In this document: positions 1-9,564 of the stretch, piece by piece
Numbering within the stretch: position 1 is the first letter of the stretch
Layout of the letters: each line of letters starts with the position of its first letter
NCBI GenBank assembly: GCA_043825735.1
Contig: JBDRRP010000108.1
Coordinates: forward strand, 62,001 to 98,377
Direction of reading: 5' to 3'
Origin: Pseudomonadota bacterium
GTDB taxonomy: Bacteria > Desulfobacterota > Desulfobacteria > Desulfobacterales > JBDRRP01
DNA length: 36,377 nt
Notes under the pieces: model-generated
The model's input: only the letters and a program-made list of their open reading frames with translations
Told to the model about the DNA's origin: nothing
Database searches by the model: none
Position numbers and translations under genes: made by a program

Positions 1-141
1 ATCGGCTGATGCCGCTGGGGCACCCCGGCCCCCCACACAGAAGAGTTCATACCCCCACAGGCGTCGATTGATGTCAAACACCGGGCGACGCGCAATGGAG
101 ATTTCCATCGGTTTGGCCGGGTCTGCCTTCTGTTCGGTCAT
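1..141 (-). CDS. 5' end of an EAL/HDOD-type (YuxH-like) signal transduction protein; runs off the window edge
   Basis: Translated by hand (not in the ORF track): MTEQKADPAKPMEISIARRPVFDINRRLWGYELFC..., which resembles the ARQPIFD...GYELLF start of EAL/HDOD proteins. GGAGGG RBS upstream of ATG at 141. Confidence 0.7.
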   Translation of the reverse strand, partial: MTEQKADPAKPMEISIARRPVFDINRRLWGYELFCVGGRGAPAASAD

Positions 142-163
142 AATCACCCTCCCGGAGATGCCC

Positions 164-2638
164 TTACACCAGTGGTCGGACGTCCCAGATGGTGGATGCG
201 TAATCCAGCACGGATCGATCGCTGGAGAATTTGCCCATGTTGGCGGTGTTCAGGATGGAACGGCGTGTCCATTCTTCAGGGTCTTCGTAGAGACGACTGA
301 CCGCTTCCTGGGTGGTGATGAAAGGGCGGTAGTCGGCCAGCGTCAGGTAATGGTCGGAATAGTCGCCCAGATCGAAAAGGCTCTGTATGACGGGCGCAAA
401 TAGTCCCGGATCCTCCGGGGAGAAAACCCCACCGCCGATCATGTCGAGCACCTGGCGCAACTCGGCGTCGGTATCGTAATAGTGCCTGGGGTTGTAGCCG
501 GACGCCCGGGTGCTGGTCACCTCATCGGCGGTAAGTCCGAAAATAAAGATGTTCTCACGCCCCACTTCTTCCATGATTTCAATATTGGCGCCGTCCAGGG
601 TGCCAATGGTGAGGGCGCCGTTCAGGGCCATTTTCATGTTTCCCGTACCGGAAGCCTCCATTCCGGCGGTTGAGATCTGTTCTGAAAGATCCGCTGCGGG
701 AACGATTTTCTCGGCTTGGGAAACGCAGTAGTTGGGCAAAAATGCCACCCGCAGGCGTCCCCGGACCTCCGGGTCGACGTTTACCACGGCGGCTACAGCG
801 TTGATGAGTTTGATGATGCGTTTGGCCTGCTGGTAGGCCGGCGCCGCCTTGCCGGCAAAGAGCACGGTCCGGGGCACAGTGGGCGCGGCAGGGTCGGTCT
901 TGATGCGATTATAGAGTGTCACCACGTGGAGCACGTTGAGCAGTTGGCGTTTGTATTCGTGGATGCGTTTCACCTGGACATCGAACAGGGTGTCAGGATC
1001 GATGCCCAAACGGATCTTTCTCATCACGTAGCGCGCCAGGCGTTTTTTGTTTTCCCGGCGGATATCGCGCCAGGCGCTGCGAAACGCGGGGTCCTCTGCC
1101 AGGGGCACCAGCCCTTTGAGCCGGTCGAGATCACAAATCCATTTGTCACCGATATGCTCGGTAATAAGCGCAGCCAGCGACGGGTTGCACTGTTGCAGCC
1201 ACCGGCGGGGCGTGATGCCGTTGGTGACGTTTTTGAATCGGCCGGGAAACACCCGGTTGAAATCAAAAAACAGGCTGGTGCGCAGGATGTGAGAATGCAG
1301 TTCGGCCACACCGTTGACCGAGTGGCTTCCGATGATGGCCAGGTGCGCCATCCGTACTCGACGTTCTCTGCCTTCCTGGAAGATGGACAGTTTGGCGGGC
1401 AGATCGGGTTCGTCGGGATAGCGCTCTCGGATGTCGCCCAGAAAACGGCGGTTGATTTCGAAGATGATCTCCAGATGTCGGGGCAGCAGCCGTCCGAAGA
1501 GATCCTCCGGCCAGGTTTCCAGCGCTTCGGGCAGGACCGTGTGATTGGTGTAGGCGAAGGTGCCTTGGCAGATGTCCCAGGCCGCTTCCCATTCCAGGCC
1601 TTCTTCATCGATGAGAATGCGCATGAGTTCGGCCACAGCGATGGCCGGGTGGGTGTCGTTGAGCTGGATGGCCACGTAGTCGGGCAGGGCGGTGAAGGAG
1701 GACTCCTGCTTACGGTATCGCCGGAGAATGTCAGATAGGGTGGCGGCAACAAAAAAATACTGCTGCTTGAGTCGAAGTTCCTTTCCCGATTGGACCTCGT
1801 CGCTGGGGTAAAGGACCCTGGAGATAGTTTCGCTGATGACCTTTGCTTCAACGGCGCCAATGTAATCGCCCTGGTTGAAGTCGGACAGATCGAATTCGCG
1901 GCTGCTTTTGGCTGCCCATAGACGCATGTTGGTGACGTAGTCGTCCCCGTATCCCGGGATGAGGATGTCATAGGCCATGGCAACCACGGCTTCACCGCCC
2001 ACCCATCGCCACCGAAGACGGCCGTCCAGATCGGAGTAAGTTTCTGTGTGGCCGTAAAAGCGGATCAATGATTCGGACGCCAGTCGCTGGATTTCCCAAG
2101 GGCTGCCCCGCCGCATCCAGTTGTCGGACTGCTCTTTTTGGTAGCCGTTTTCGATGACCTGGTGGAAAATGCCGTAGTCATATCGGATCCCGTACCCGTA
2201 GCCCGGAAGATCCCGGCAGGCGATGGAATCCATGTAGCAGGAGGCCAGGCGACCCAGGCCGCCGTTTCCCAGTCCGGCGTCCCATTCCTCTTCTTCCAGT
2301 TCGTCCAGGTCAAACCCCAGTTCCGATACCGCGCTACGGGCCTCGTCCATCATGTCGAGGCTGATCAGATAGTTCTTCAAAAAACGGCCGGGCAGAAACT
2401 CCAGGGAGAGAAAATAGACGCGTTTGCTGAGGGTATCGTAGAGAGATCGCTGCGTTTGAAGCCATTTTCCAACAAGGCGGTCTCTCAACGCCAGGGCGAG
2501 CGCCGTAAAACAGGCATACTTGTCGGGTTTATAGGGGTCTCTTCCCAGAGATGCCTGGATATGCCGGAGGATATCGTCTTTGAGATTGTCAGGCACTCCG
2601 AACAGTGGGGTGTCGTTTCGCTGGGGGCGCTCATCCAT
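164..2638 (-). CDS. glgP: Glycogen/starch phosphorylase
   Basis: 824 aa; GLGNGGLGRLASC, QLNDTHP, VKRIHEYKRQ and the PLP-lysine motif EASGTGNMK. Confidence 0.97.
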   Translation of the reverse strand: MDERPQRNDTPLFGVPDNLKDDILRHIQASLGRDPYKPDKYACFTALALALRDRLVGKWLQTQRSLYDTLSKRVYFLSLEFLPGRFLKNYLISLDMMDEARSAVSELGFDLDELEEEEWDAGLGNGGLGRLASCYMDSIACRDLPGYGYGIRYDYGIFHQVIENGYQKEQSDNWMRRGSPWEIQRLASESLIRFYGHTETYSDLDGRLRWRWVGGEAVVAMAYDILIPGYGDDYVTNMRLWAAKSSREFDLSDFNQGDYIGAVEAKVISETISRVLYPSDEVQSGKELRLKQQYFFVAATLSDILRRYRKQESSFTALPDYVAIQLNDTHPAIAVAELMRILIDEEGLEWEAAWDICQGTFAYTNHTVLPEALETWPEDLFGRLLPRHLEIIFEINRRFLGDIRERYPDEPDLPAKLSIFQEGRERRVRMAHLAIIGSHSVNGVAELHSHILRTSLFFDFNRVFPGRFKNVTNGITPRRWLQQCNPSLAALITEHIGDKWICDLDRLKGLVPLAEDPAFRSAWRDIRRENKKRLARYVMRKIRLGIDPDTLFDVQVKRIHEYKRQLLNVLHVVTLYNRIKTDPAAPTVPRTVLFAGKAAPAYQQAKRIIKLINAVAAVVNVDPEVRGRLRVAFLPNYCVSQAEKIVPAADLSEQISTAGMEASGTGNMKMALNGALTIGTLDGANIEIMEEVGRENIFIFGLTADEVTSTRASGYNPRHYYDTDAELRQVLDMIGGGVFSPEDPGLFAPVIQSLFDLGDYSDHYLTLADYRPFITTQEAVSRLYEDPEEWTRRSILNTANMGKFSSDRSVLDYASTIWDVRPLV

Positions 2639-2904
2639 CAGGGAAGTCCTCCACGGGGGAAGATGGTGACTTGTCTTGTTATTATCATCGGCGACTTCTC
2701 ATGCGGTCGCGCCGAGTGACCTAAACCCAGGTTGCGGGTGACGTGTTGGCAGGCGCCGCAAGCGCGCACCGCCATCACCGCTACCCGGGGTCAGGAGGAA
2801 GCGCTGCATCAGGGCCGACCGGGCAGGGGGGAATATTACTGAGTATGATACCCATCGGGGGAAACGATGTCAACGATATCGGTGAGTTCGACCTGGCGCT
2901 GCGG

Positions 2905-3783
2905 TCATTTTCGTTTCGGTGCACCAGGAATTCTTGACGCGCATGGTACACCGGTCTGGCAAAGACCGCAATTGTTGACCGTAAGGCCGAAATGGGCCGT
3001 GGTGTAGGGGGCCGCAACCTCTCTGATGTACTGTCGGCAGCGAATCTTGTCGTGCCCCTTTTCGGTAATGGCTCCGGCGGGACAGCGCTCGGCGCATTTC
3101 AGGCAGTTTCCCCCGTTAAAGAAGCGGCAGTAGGCGTTGTGTGCGGTGTAAGGCCGCGGGGTCGGGGCAATATCGATCCGGGCCACCACCGATCCTAATC
3201 GAACCGCTTTGCCGAGGGGAGTAATCAGACCATCGGAAAGACCGAATGTGCCGAGTCCGCAGGCATACGCTGTGTGTCGTTCCGACCACACAGAGGCAAA
3301 TCCATAGGCGGGAGATGTTTTTCGCTCCCACTGCGGCAGCAGCACCGGCGCTGCGCAGGGGTGGTTTGCATCGGTGAGCGTGTCCGCTACAAATGTCCTG
3401 AGGCGATTGTTGAACTGTTCACCAATCAACCGGGACTGAGCCCACCGCTCGCAGGGATATCGGGTTTGCTTCCGGTGGTGATTTTTGGTCTGCGCGGTCT
3501 GGGGCAGAACCCAGCTGATGACGGTGAGCGCTTCGGGTGAAATTGGAACATCCGGGAACCGGAGCGCGAACGCATCACTCGGCGTCCAGTAAAATGCGCC
3601 GATGTCCTTCTGGAAAAACGTAAACAGCGGATCGGCCCCGTTGGTGAACCCCACCAGCGGTCGGTCCCAAATTTTCTCGGCTTTTTCCTTCTCGAGCCGA
3701 TTCTCCGGGGAGTTCAGAACGAAATTGACGATGATGCCCGTGACCCATGCTGCCAGCGGCGTCATCTGTTGCTCTCGGGGCAT
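2905..3783 (-). CDS. Epoxyqueuosine reductase (QueG)/reductive dehalogenase-like 4Fe-4S protein
   Basis: WSERHTAYACGLGTFGLSDGLITPLGKAVRLGSVV plus CLKCAERCP and CGLCQTGVPC. Start moved to ATG 3783 (GAAGGGG upstream); 3765 is an alternative. Confidence 0.8.
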   Translation of the reverse strand: MPREQQMTPLAAWVTGIIVNFVLNSPENRLEKEKAEKIWDRPLVGFTNGADPLFTFFQKDIGAFYWTPSDAFALRFPDVPISPEALTVISWVLPQTAQTKNHHRKQTRYPCERWAQSRLIGEQFNNRLRTFVADTLTDANHPCAAPVLLPQWERKTSPAYGFASVWSERHTAYACGLGTFGLSDGLITPLGKAVRLGSVVARIDIAPTPRPYTAHNAYCRFFNGGNCLKCAERCPAGAITEKGHDKIRCRQYIREVAAPYTTAHFGLTVNNCGLCQTGVPCASRIPGAPKRK

Positions 3784-3839
3784 CGGGTGTGTTCCCCTTC
3801 CACTGTGCCTTTTACACGGTTGCGGTATATGGGCGACCG

Positions 3840-4145
3840 TTAAACGTGATCCAGAACCTTGATGGAAACACTTTCCACGATGTCCTTGACCCGCTCCCGA
3901 TAGGCAATGACATGCGGCGCGATGAGGTGGGCCCGGAATGCTTCGATGTCCTCCCACAACTCCACGATGGTGACGACATCCGGTTCTTTCCGCTGGGTTG
4001 GGATGTCGGTGTCGTGGTCCATGGTCGGAGTATAGGTGATACAGCCGCTTTCGGCCTGAACCTGGGGGATGAAATCTTTATAGACGTCTATGAGGGCGTC
4101 ACGGCAGCCGGGCTTGATTTTAATGGTGGCAATCACATGGATCAT
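3840..4145 (-). CDS. Putative quinol monooxygenase (ABM/YgiN family)
   Basis: MIHVIATIKIKPG...AESGCITY...VELWEDIEAFRAHLIAPHV; CAGGAG RBS before ATG 4145. Confidence 0.88.
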   Translation of the reverse strand: MIHVIATIKIKPGCRDALIDVYKDFIPQVQAESGCITYTPTMDHDTDIPTQRKEPDVVTIVELWEDIEAFRAHLIAPHVIAYRERVKDIVESVSIKVLDHV

Positions 4146-4304
4146 CGAATTCTCCTGTGCACCGGTTGACTGTAGAGAGGGATCATACCGTATCACAAAC
4201 CGGGCCATCGCGGCCAGCGTGGATTCCCGCGCGTCGTAATGGGGCGGGTGCCGGAAGGTAAGGCCGCTGTTGTGAATCGGGCGATGGATGAATGAAAAAA
4301 AACA

Positions 4305-5033
4305 TCACTGAGGCGGACGGTGAAGGCGCTTTCCTTTCATCGTGAACGGGCAGGCACGGATACAGATGCCGCAGATCGGAGCGCCGATATTGTCCCGTTT
4401 GGCGAAGTCCAGCGTCAGTTTCTCCACGCACCGGGAAAAGAACATGGCCTGGTTGCGCGTGTCATAATGCGCGTCGGTGTTCACTCCCCGGATGGCCCCG
4501 ACGGGGCAGGCATCGCGGCATCGGAAGCACTTTCCGCAACGGTTTTTCACGGGTCCGTCGGGGGTGAGGGGCGCATTGGTAAGGACTGTCACCAGCCGCA
4601 CCCGACTGCCGTATTGCGGGGTGATGAGCAGCAGGTTCTTGCCCTGCCATCCCAGGCCGGCCATCCGGGCCACTGCCTTATGACTTACAGCGGCGTGCCA
4701 GGTTTCCCGATCCAGCACCTGCGATGCGGGCACCGGCAGCGCTGCGAATCCCTTGCGGTCCAGCCATCGCGCGATGCCAACGGCGATATCGTCCAGTTGG
4801 CGGTTGACCGTTTGATAAATGGCGCTGTATTCGGGCGTCGGCGCGGTGTCGATGATTGAAAAAACCGCCCGGGGCAGCGCCACCGCCAGAGAAACGGCAA
4901 ACCGGTAGGGTGCCAAGAGATCGTAGGGGATGGTCGGAAGCCCTTCCATCAGTGCAACGTCGGCGATTCCCACCATGTCGGCCCCCAGGGACAGAGCGCT
5001 CGCTTTGATCTCACGTGTCAAGGTCTCTCTCAT
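4305..5033 (-). CDS. QueG-like 4Fe-4S dicluster protein
   Basis: GADMVGIAD, SHKAVARMAGLGWQGKNLLLITPQYGSRVRLVTVLT, CGKCFRCRDACP, CGICIRACP. Confidence 0.85.
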   Translation of the reverse strand: MRETLTREIKASALSLGADMVGIADVALMEGLPTIPYDLLAPYRFAVSLAVALPRAVFSIIDTAPTPEYSAIYQTVNRQLDDIAVGIARWLDRKGFAALPVPASQVLDRETWHAAVSHKAVARMAGLGWQGKNLLLITPQYGSRVRLVTVLTNAPLTPDGPVKNRCGKCFRCRDACPVGAIRGVNTDAHYDTRNQAMFFSRCVEKLTLDFAKRDNIGAPICGICIRACPFTMKGKRLHRPPQ

Positions 5034-5043
5034 AAGCGCCTCT

Positions 5044-6465
5044 TTAATCGGTATTCAAGCGGAAAGTGTCCGATGTAATATTCAGGCGGCGCATGATTTT
5101 TTGAAGCGATGGCCGTCCGAGACCGGAAACCTCTGCACCGCGGGTTACGTTGCCGCCGGTTTTGCTGAGCAAATCAAGCACATATTCGCGCGTAAAACAT
5201 TCCACGATGTGGTCTTTTGCCTCCTTGTAAGAAAGAATATCCTTTCCCAGTGTAATCTTTACGCTCCCTGCCGGCGGGGCAGGCGCTGCGATGGTCTGCA
5301 GCGATGCCAGTGCGTGAAGGGAAACGACCTCCTGTCTTGAAAACATGACCGCCTGCCTGACGACGTTTTGCAACTGCCGGACGTTGCCGGGCCATTTGAG
5401 ACTGGTCAGGAACTGGAGGGCGTCCGGAGAAAACCGGCGGGTCGGCAGATCCAGCTCCTTGCTGCTGATCATGGCAAAATGGGTGGCCAACAGCGGGATG
5501 TCCTCGACGGTCTCGATAAGACTGGGCGTGCGCACGGTGACAACATTCAACCGATAGAAGAGATCCTCCCGAAAGGTTCGTGCGGCTATTTTTTCTTCGA
5601 TGTCCTGGTTGGTGGCGGCCAGAATGCGCACGTCTGCCTTGAATGCCGTTGCCGCGCCCAAAGGTTTGATTTCTCCGTCTTGAAGGGCGCGCAGCAGCTT
5701 GGTCTGGGTCGTGATCGGTATGTCCGCGATCTCATCGAGGAAGAGCGTACCGGTGTTAGCCTCCTCGAAAAGTCCCCGTCGATCTTTGTCAGCGCCCGTG
5801 AACGCGCCGCGACGGTAGCCGAATAATTCGCTTTCGAGCAGATTTTCCGGCGTTGCCGGACAGTTGACCGTGATGAACGGGCGCCTGTTGCGGGCGCTCT
5901 CCGTGTGCAGCGCCCGGGCGACCAACTCCTTTCCAGTGCCGCTTTCCCCGCGAATCATTACGCTGTAGTCCGAATGCGCCACTGCGCGGATTTGCTCGAA
6001 GAGGTGCTGCATGGCCTTGCTGCGACCGATCATTCCATGGAAGTCGGCGCCTTCTACCCGGCCTCGCAGTACTCTGTTCTCCCTGATCAGCCGGTTGCGC
6101 TCGAGCCCTTTGACCAGCATGCGGACCAGCGAATCCGTTTCAAACGGCTTGGTGATGAAATCATATGCGCCGCTTTTGATCGCGGCCACGGCCAGCTCGA
6201 TGGTGCCGTGGGCGGTCATCATGATGCACGTCAACCATGGGTCATCGCGCAGCAGTGCTTTGAGCACTGCCATTCCGTCGATGTCCGGCATGCGGACGTC
6301 CAGCAGTACGAGATCCGGCGGACTGTGGTGAATGGACGCCATTGCCGAGCGCGGTTCCGCAAAGGTGTCGCAAATCAATTCGGGCAGCTCGTAGCCCAAC
6401 AGCCGGCGAAGACCGTCGAGCATGTCCTGCTCGTCGTCGATAATCATCAAGCGCTCACGGCTCAT
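5044..6465 (-). CDS. Sigma54-dependent response regulator (REC-AAA+-HTH, NtrC family)
   Basis: IIDDE and LLDVRMP receiver motifs, Walker A GESGTGKE, GAFTGA, FLDEI, WPGNVRQLQN, C-terminal Fis-type HTH. Confidence 0.96.
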   Translation of the reverse strand: MSRERLMIIDDEQDMLDGLRRLLGYELPELICDTFAEPRSAMASIHHSPPDLVLLDVRMPDIDGMAVLKALLRDDPWLTCIMMTAHGTIELAVAAIKSGAYDFITKPFETDSLVRMLVKGLERNRLIRENRVLRGRVEGADFHGMIGRSKAMQHLFEQIRAVAHSDYSVMIRGESGTGKELVARALHTESARNRRPFITVNCPATPENLLESELFGYRRGAFTGADKDRRGLFEEANTGTLFLDEIADIPITTQTKLLRALQDGEIKPLGAATAFKADVRILAATNQDIEEKIAARTFREDLFYRLNVVTVRTPSLIETVEDIPLLATHFAMISSKELDLPTRRFSPDALQFLTSLKWPGNVRQLQNVVRQAVMFSRQEVVSLHALASLQTIAAPAPPAGSVKITLGKDILSYKEAKDHIVECFTREYVLDLLSKTGGNVTRGAEVSGLGRPSLQKIMRRLNITSDTFRLNTD

Positions 6466-9035
6466 CGGGCACCGCCTTCGGTGGGCACCACCGACAGGCT
6501 GACGATAAATTCGGTGAGCCCGTCGGCGGTGGTGCCGACCTGTATCGTGCCGCCGTGATCGGCGACGATGCCATAGCTCACGGAAAGACCCAGGCCCGTT
6601 CCTTCGCCGGTCTGTTTGGTGCTGAAAAATGGGTCGAAAATCTTGTCTACGAGCTCCGGTGGAATCCCTGAACCGCTGTCTGCGATGGAGATGTCCACGG
6701 TCTTTTTTCTTTTTCGGTACGCGGTGCGGACGCGGATTTCTCCTTTATTCCCGTCCATTGCCTGATGTGCGTTCATAAGAAGGTTTAAAAACACCTGCTT
6801 CATTTTGTCGATGTCCACAGGGATGGCAGGAATCCCATCGGCCAAATCCAGGAGAATATCGGTGCCTTGTTTTCGGAACTGCTGGTGCACCATGCCGACG
6901 ACTTCCTGGAGCGCCTCGTTGATATGCGTCGACCGGGGCTCTGCCAAACGGCTCCGGGCGAAGTTGAGAAGATCCGACACGATCCGCTGGCAGTTTCTGG
7001 CTTGTTTCTCTATGGTCTCCACATCCTGCATCTTCTGATCGCTGACGTCGAGCTGGCGCTTGAGCAGATCCGTGTAGCACAGGATGATGCTCATGGGATT
7101 GTTGATTTCATGGGCCACACCGGCGGCAAGCTGTCCGAGGGCGGCCATTTTTTCCGTCTGCTGTATACGCTGCTCCACCTGTTTTTCCAGCGTGATGTCC
7201 TTGGCGTATCGCAGGATCCCCCAGATGGTCTCATCATCACCCATAATGGGGTAGTAGTACACCATGAAAATCTCGCCGGCCTCGGTGCGCACTTCCTCCT
7301 TGGTCTGCTGCCGGCTGCTGATGGCGGTGCTCAACTGGGTGCCTGCCAGCGGGCAGTCGCAGCCACCGGCGAGCGCCTCACAGGGCGTGTCGAGCACATC
7401 CTCCAGAGAGCTCCCGTAACGCGTCAGATAGGCCCGGTTGACCATGCGGATGACGAGATTGCGGTCCAGCAGAACCATGACATCGGGGATGCCGTCGAAG
7501 ACCGACTGGAGCAGTTCCTTGTTTCGAACCAGCGCGGTGATGTTTTGAAGACTCTCCACGGTGATGCCGATCTGGTGGCCGATGGACATGAGCAGCGCTT
7601 GCTGCTCGGCGGAAGTTTCCTCGAAATCGACCCCGGCGAAGGTCATGATGCCGAGCACGCGTTCCCGGCAGTTGAGGGGAATGTTGAGGCAGTTTTCGTT
7701 TCGCAGACAAGTAAAGATATTGGTGTTGCCCTGGGCTGCTGACCACATGGCCTCCTGCAGACTGGTGGGCGGCTTCGGAGGCTCACTCATTGATCCTGCG
7801 GAGATGATCTCGGCGAGTTTGTCGGCGTTGCGGCGGCATACCAACTGAAGCCGGGGCGCCGAGGGATCATCCACGAGAAGATAGATACCCGCGCCTTTGG
7901 CGGGGATCAACGCCAGTGCCTGTTCCAGCACGGCGGGCAGGATGTCCTCCAGATGAAACGAGTGGGTGATCAGCTCGGTGATCCGGTTGAGCGTCTGAAG
8001 CTCCCTGTTGCGGGTGGTGACCTTGGCGTGCAACCGCGCCCGCGATTTTTCCAGATCCAGAGTGCGCTCGGTGACGCGGGTTTCCAGTTCTTCAGCGTGT
8101 GATTCAAGCGCCTCGCGGGCCTGGCGGAGATGGTTGGTCATTTCCTGGGCGGCCTCGGTGAGCTCATGGATTTCGACCTTGGTGTCGGTGTCCTCAAAAC
8201 GCTCCTGATCGCGCGTCTCTATCAAACCGCTTTTAAAGATGTCGAGGACCCCCGCGAGACTGCGCACGACCATCCGGTTGAACAGGTAGCTGATGAGCAC
8301 ATAAAGAAAGGACAGCATCAACAGGGACACCCAGAATACGGAAAGTGCCTGACTCCGTATTTTTTTCAAGGCCACATTTACCGGGATACTGACTGCCATG
8401 ACGCCGGCCAGATCGCCTTCCCGATATCCGAAACCCCGCTTGCTGCCGTATAGCGCCAATAGTTTGGGTGGCGCCGAAGTGGGGCTGCCGTGGCAATTGA
8501 GGCAGGATGCCTCCATGTACACCGGGCGGGCGTGGATAAAGCCGGTATCACCGTCCATGCGGCGGATTCCCTGCCAGCGGTTCTGCCCGGGGTTGTGTTG
8601 AAAATAGTCGATGAGCTCACGCTCGGTGGGAGAGGGGGTCGACAAGGGATTGCGGGCGTTCACCGACACGCGCCGGTAGCGGTATTCGGGCAGGTTTTCA
8701 TTGAACCGGTCCATGACCGCCCGCGTGACATATGACGTGGACATGGCTTCCAGAATGAATGCGTCCGTGCCCGCCATTTCATACATTTTCGGTCGAAGCA
8801 CGTCTCGCACATAGGATCGGGTCGATTCTACAGCGGCCATCACCATGCGTGACTTGCTCAGTGCGGTTTCCTCGAGAAGCCTTTTTTCATGGGAATAAAT
8901 CAGGAATGCGGTGAGACCGCAAAAACACACAAACACCGCACCCAGGGCGATCTGAAACTGCATCTGAAGGCTGGTATGGCGCCGTGGCGATGACGGCTGA
9001 CCGGAAGGAAGCTCCGGCGATGATGCCTTGTCCAT
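6462..9035 (-). CDS. Sensor histidine kinase with a DUF3365-like heme-c periplasmic domain, GAF and PAS
   Basis: Two TM segments flanking a domain with NARNP and CLNCH (CxxCH); H-box [16 protein letters not shown]. Start set to ATG 9035 (AGGGAG RBS). 4-nt overlap with the regulator. Confidence 0.92.
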   Translation of the reverse strand: MDKASSPELPSGQPSSPRRHTSLQMQFQIALGAVFVCFCGLTAFLIYSHEKRLLEETALSKSRMVMAAVESTRSYVRDVLRPKMYEMAGTDAFILEAMSTSYVTRAVMDRFNENLPEYRYRRVSVNARNPLSTPSPTERELIDYFQHNPGQNRWQGIRRMDGDTGFIHARPVYMEASCLNCHGSPTSAPPKLLALYGSKRGFGYREGDLAGVMAVSIPVNVALKKIRSQALSVFWVSLLMLSFLYVLISYLFNRMVVRSLAGVLDIFKSGLIETRDQERFEDTDTKVEIHELTEAAQEMTNHLRQAREALESHAEELETRVTERTLDLEKSRARLHAKVTTRNRELQTLNRITELITHSFHLEDILPAVLEQALALIPAKGAGIYLLVDDPSAPRLQLVCRRNADKLAEIISAGSMSEPPKPPTSLQEAMWSAAQGNTNIFTCLRNENCLNIPLNCRERVLGIMTFAGVDFEETSAEQQALLMSIGHQIGITVESLQNITALVRNKELLQSVFDGIPDVMVLLDRNLVIRMVNRAYLTRYGSSLEDVLDTPCEALAGGCDCPLAGTQLSTAISSRQQTKEEVRTEAGEIFMVYYYPIMGDDETIWGILRYAKDITLEKQVEQRIQQTEKMAALGQLAAGVAHEINNPMSIILCYTDLLKRQLDVSDQKMQDVETIEKQARNCQRIVSDLLNFARSRLAEPRSTHINEALQEVVGMVHQQFRKQGTDILLDLADGIPAIPVDIDKMKQVFLNLLMNAHQAMDGNKGEIRVRTAYRKRKKTVDISIADSGSGIPPELVDKIFDPFFSTKQTGEGTGLGLSVSYGIVADHGGTIQVGTTADGLTEFIVSLSVVPTEGGAR

Positions 9036-9142
9036 GGGGTTCTCCCTGCGAAACACAGACACTTTTACCGATGTCTATTGAAAAAAACGGCCGGGCACCG
9101 AGGCATTGGACCGTTTTGCTGTAACAGGCCGTATAAAGACCC

Positions 9143-9158
9143 TGCAAACCATGGGCCA
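9143..9158 (-). promoter_or_regulatory. Sigma54 -24/-12 promoter for the kinase/regulator operon
   Basis: Minus strand reads TGGCCCATGGTTTGCA, with GG and GC at the canonical spacing. Confidence 0.7.
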
Positions 9159-9222
9159 GTCTAATCGACCTGAAATCATAAGAGATTTCGGGCTTTTCAT
9201 ATCACGATATCCCTAACGAGGC

Positions 9223-9257
9223 GCCTCCTCGAGGAGGCACTGCATCCTTTAGGAGGC
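9223..9257. promoter_or_regulatory. Tandem palindromic enhancer (UAS) candidates
   Basis: GCCTCCTCGAGGAGGC (9223-9238) and GCATCCTTTAGGAGGC (9242-9257), between two divergent sigma54 promoters. Confidence 0.65.
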
Positions 9258-9368
9258 GTTTTCCAGCTGATAGCCGCTCTTTCCAAGAAGGTCAACAGAT
9301 AGCTGATTACCTTGGAATTACTTGCATAATTGATTTTTCACCATTGCCCGGACCCTGCCCACGGCAGT

Positions 9369-9384
9369 TGGCACGACCTGTGCT
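9369..9384 (+). promoter_or_regulatory. Sigma54 -24/-12 promoter for the YeiH-family gene
   Basis: TGGCACGACCTGTGCT versus consensus TGGCACG-N4-TTGCW. Confidence 0.75.
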
Positions 9385-9564
9385 CTTTAGGGCACACCTG
9401 GAGCCTTGATTGTGAGGGGACGAGCGGATCCTGAGTCGGCGGCGTTGGGACGGCGCCCAAGGCGACAGAGCGACACAGTAGCGAACAGTAAGGTTTCGAT
9501 CCGATGCGACGCATGGGGTCAATAGAAGCAATCAAAATAACCATTTTAGGAGAAGGAGACGTGT

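Noticed and set aside
716..1995. Long alternative ORFs (340 aa +, 323 aa -) overlapping glgP, and similar ones over the ABC, lpdA and gcv genes
   Set aside because: Shadow frames typical of GC-rich coding DNA; no motifs, and they overlap well-supported genes.
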